Below are positions 62,838 to 64,000 of a DNA stretch of 64,000 nt, in pieces (the stretch's first letter is position 1; every line of letters starts with the position of its first letter). The notes beneath the pieces were generated by a model. It saw only the letters and a program-made list of their open reading frames with translations, did not search any database and was not told the DNA's origin. A program made the translations under genes and the position numbers. The stretch is from assembly GCF_030684315.1 (NCBI RefSeq), contig NC_081392.1:14390427-14454426 (forward strand), in the 5' to 3' direction. Source of the stretch: Stegostoma tigrinum. Taxonomy: Eukaryota.

Positions 62838-63121
62838 AAGCCACTGCTCATCCTTCAGTTGGCCCCCTCGCTAATTTTAGCGTTCCTCTTGATCCGTTGA
62901 CACGGCCAGTAACACAGCATTCTCTCCACGCAGAGCCATCAAGAACTAGCTGCAGGAGCCAAATGCTTAATAACTACTGTGCACGTGTGCCTGTATGTAT
63001 GTACATTCTATTTATCGTGTCAGCGATGTACATTCATCCACTTTGGGTTGTATCTGCGCTGCAGCTGTGTATAACCCAGGGTTGGAAGCAAAGCACGTCT
63101 GTAATTGTCACAGTTTTATTT

Positions 63122-63954
63122 AGTAAAGTATAGAGTGACTCTGCTTCAAAAGATTTGCTTTAAGGTGACTGTACCAGCAAACAGCTCTGTTTTTAATCTC
63201 GTTGTTTTTTCCTTCTTTGACACCTAATCTTCTGTCTGCTTTCTCAGTCACAATATTGACAAAATGTTTGGACGCGCGTGTGTGTGTGTGTGTGTATGTA
63301 ATGCGTGTACATTTGTATCTCCATTTGACAGCCATCCTCGTTAGTTTTAAGGGGCTGAAAGTTTCCTTAGGCTGAAACTAAGGAAAGCCTTCCCTTAGTT
63401 TGTGACCTTACTATGTTGGAGAGCACAAGTGATAGCAACTGAACTGAACTGAACTTCCTGTAAGGTCTGGTACATGGTTTGGTTTCTCTTCCCTGTTCAA
63501 GGACTGGGCCCCTGTGCTTTCTTAGCATAGCTTGGTGACTCCAGAATGATGTTATTGTGTGTCAAAACCAAAATGGGTATTTAGTGACAAATTAAAACGT
63601 TCACAGACTCAGACTGCGATTAGATGCTCCCACAAACAGAGAGTTTGCCCAGCACCTTGGTATCCCACCTGCCTGGGAAGATTGAAAGCGAGAGGGTGCA
63701 TTCTGATGGTGCAGAACTGTGCCTGCATGGCATGAATACAGAACTGTGTCAAATAAACATACCATTTTTTTCCGAAAGAAAGGTTCTGCTGCACCTTTCT
63801 GACAAGGCTCTGCTCTGGGCTGTTGTAGCCTCCCGCCCATTAAGTGCCAGTGGTGAGCCCCACTCTTTTCCCCCCCCCCCCCCCCCCAAAATACCATCAT
63901 TCCCTTGAGTTGAAGGTGCTCCTGCCAAATGTTTCTTATTGCTTTGTGAATAAA
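63122..63954 (+). terminator. Candidate polyadenylation signals of the CLASRP 3' UTR
   Basis: AGTAAA 63122 (preceded by several TGTA), ATTAAA 63591, AATAAA 63752 and 63949. Which are used is unknown. Confidence 0.5.
63279..63295 (+). repeat. (TG)n microsatellite in or after the 3' UTR
   Basis: direct read. Confidence 0.9.
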
Positions 63955-64000
63955 TTCAGCAACAAGTCTGTACCCAACTGGAGATGAAGCAAAGCACCAT

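Overview
Vertebrate genomic DNA, most likely a cartilaginous fish (shark-type HE1/V-SINE, Deu-domain SINEs, abundant CR1 LINEs and Penelope-like elements). The window holds one apparently complete + strand gene, CLASRP (CLK4-associating SR-rich splicing factor, SFRS16/SWAP2). It has a GC-rich promoter and non-coding exon 1 near 3.1 kb, then 20 phase-consistent GT-AG coding exons from ATG 9813 to TAG 62837 (1929 nt, 642 aa). Most other ORFs in the track are retroelement fragments or repeat artefacts. Notable observations: (i) a 1.4-kb Penelope-like palindrome with an 18-bp target-site duplication (TSD), plus several short TSD-flanked hairpin elements carrying minimal hammerhead-ribozyme-like cores; (ii) two tandem GTCNGT splice donors in CLASRP whose +4 alternative would frameshift and truncate the protein; (iii) a 2.2-kb G-rich minisatellite in intron 1; (iv) a uORF in exon 1. 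Transposon boundaries are approximate, read by eye.
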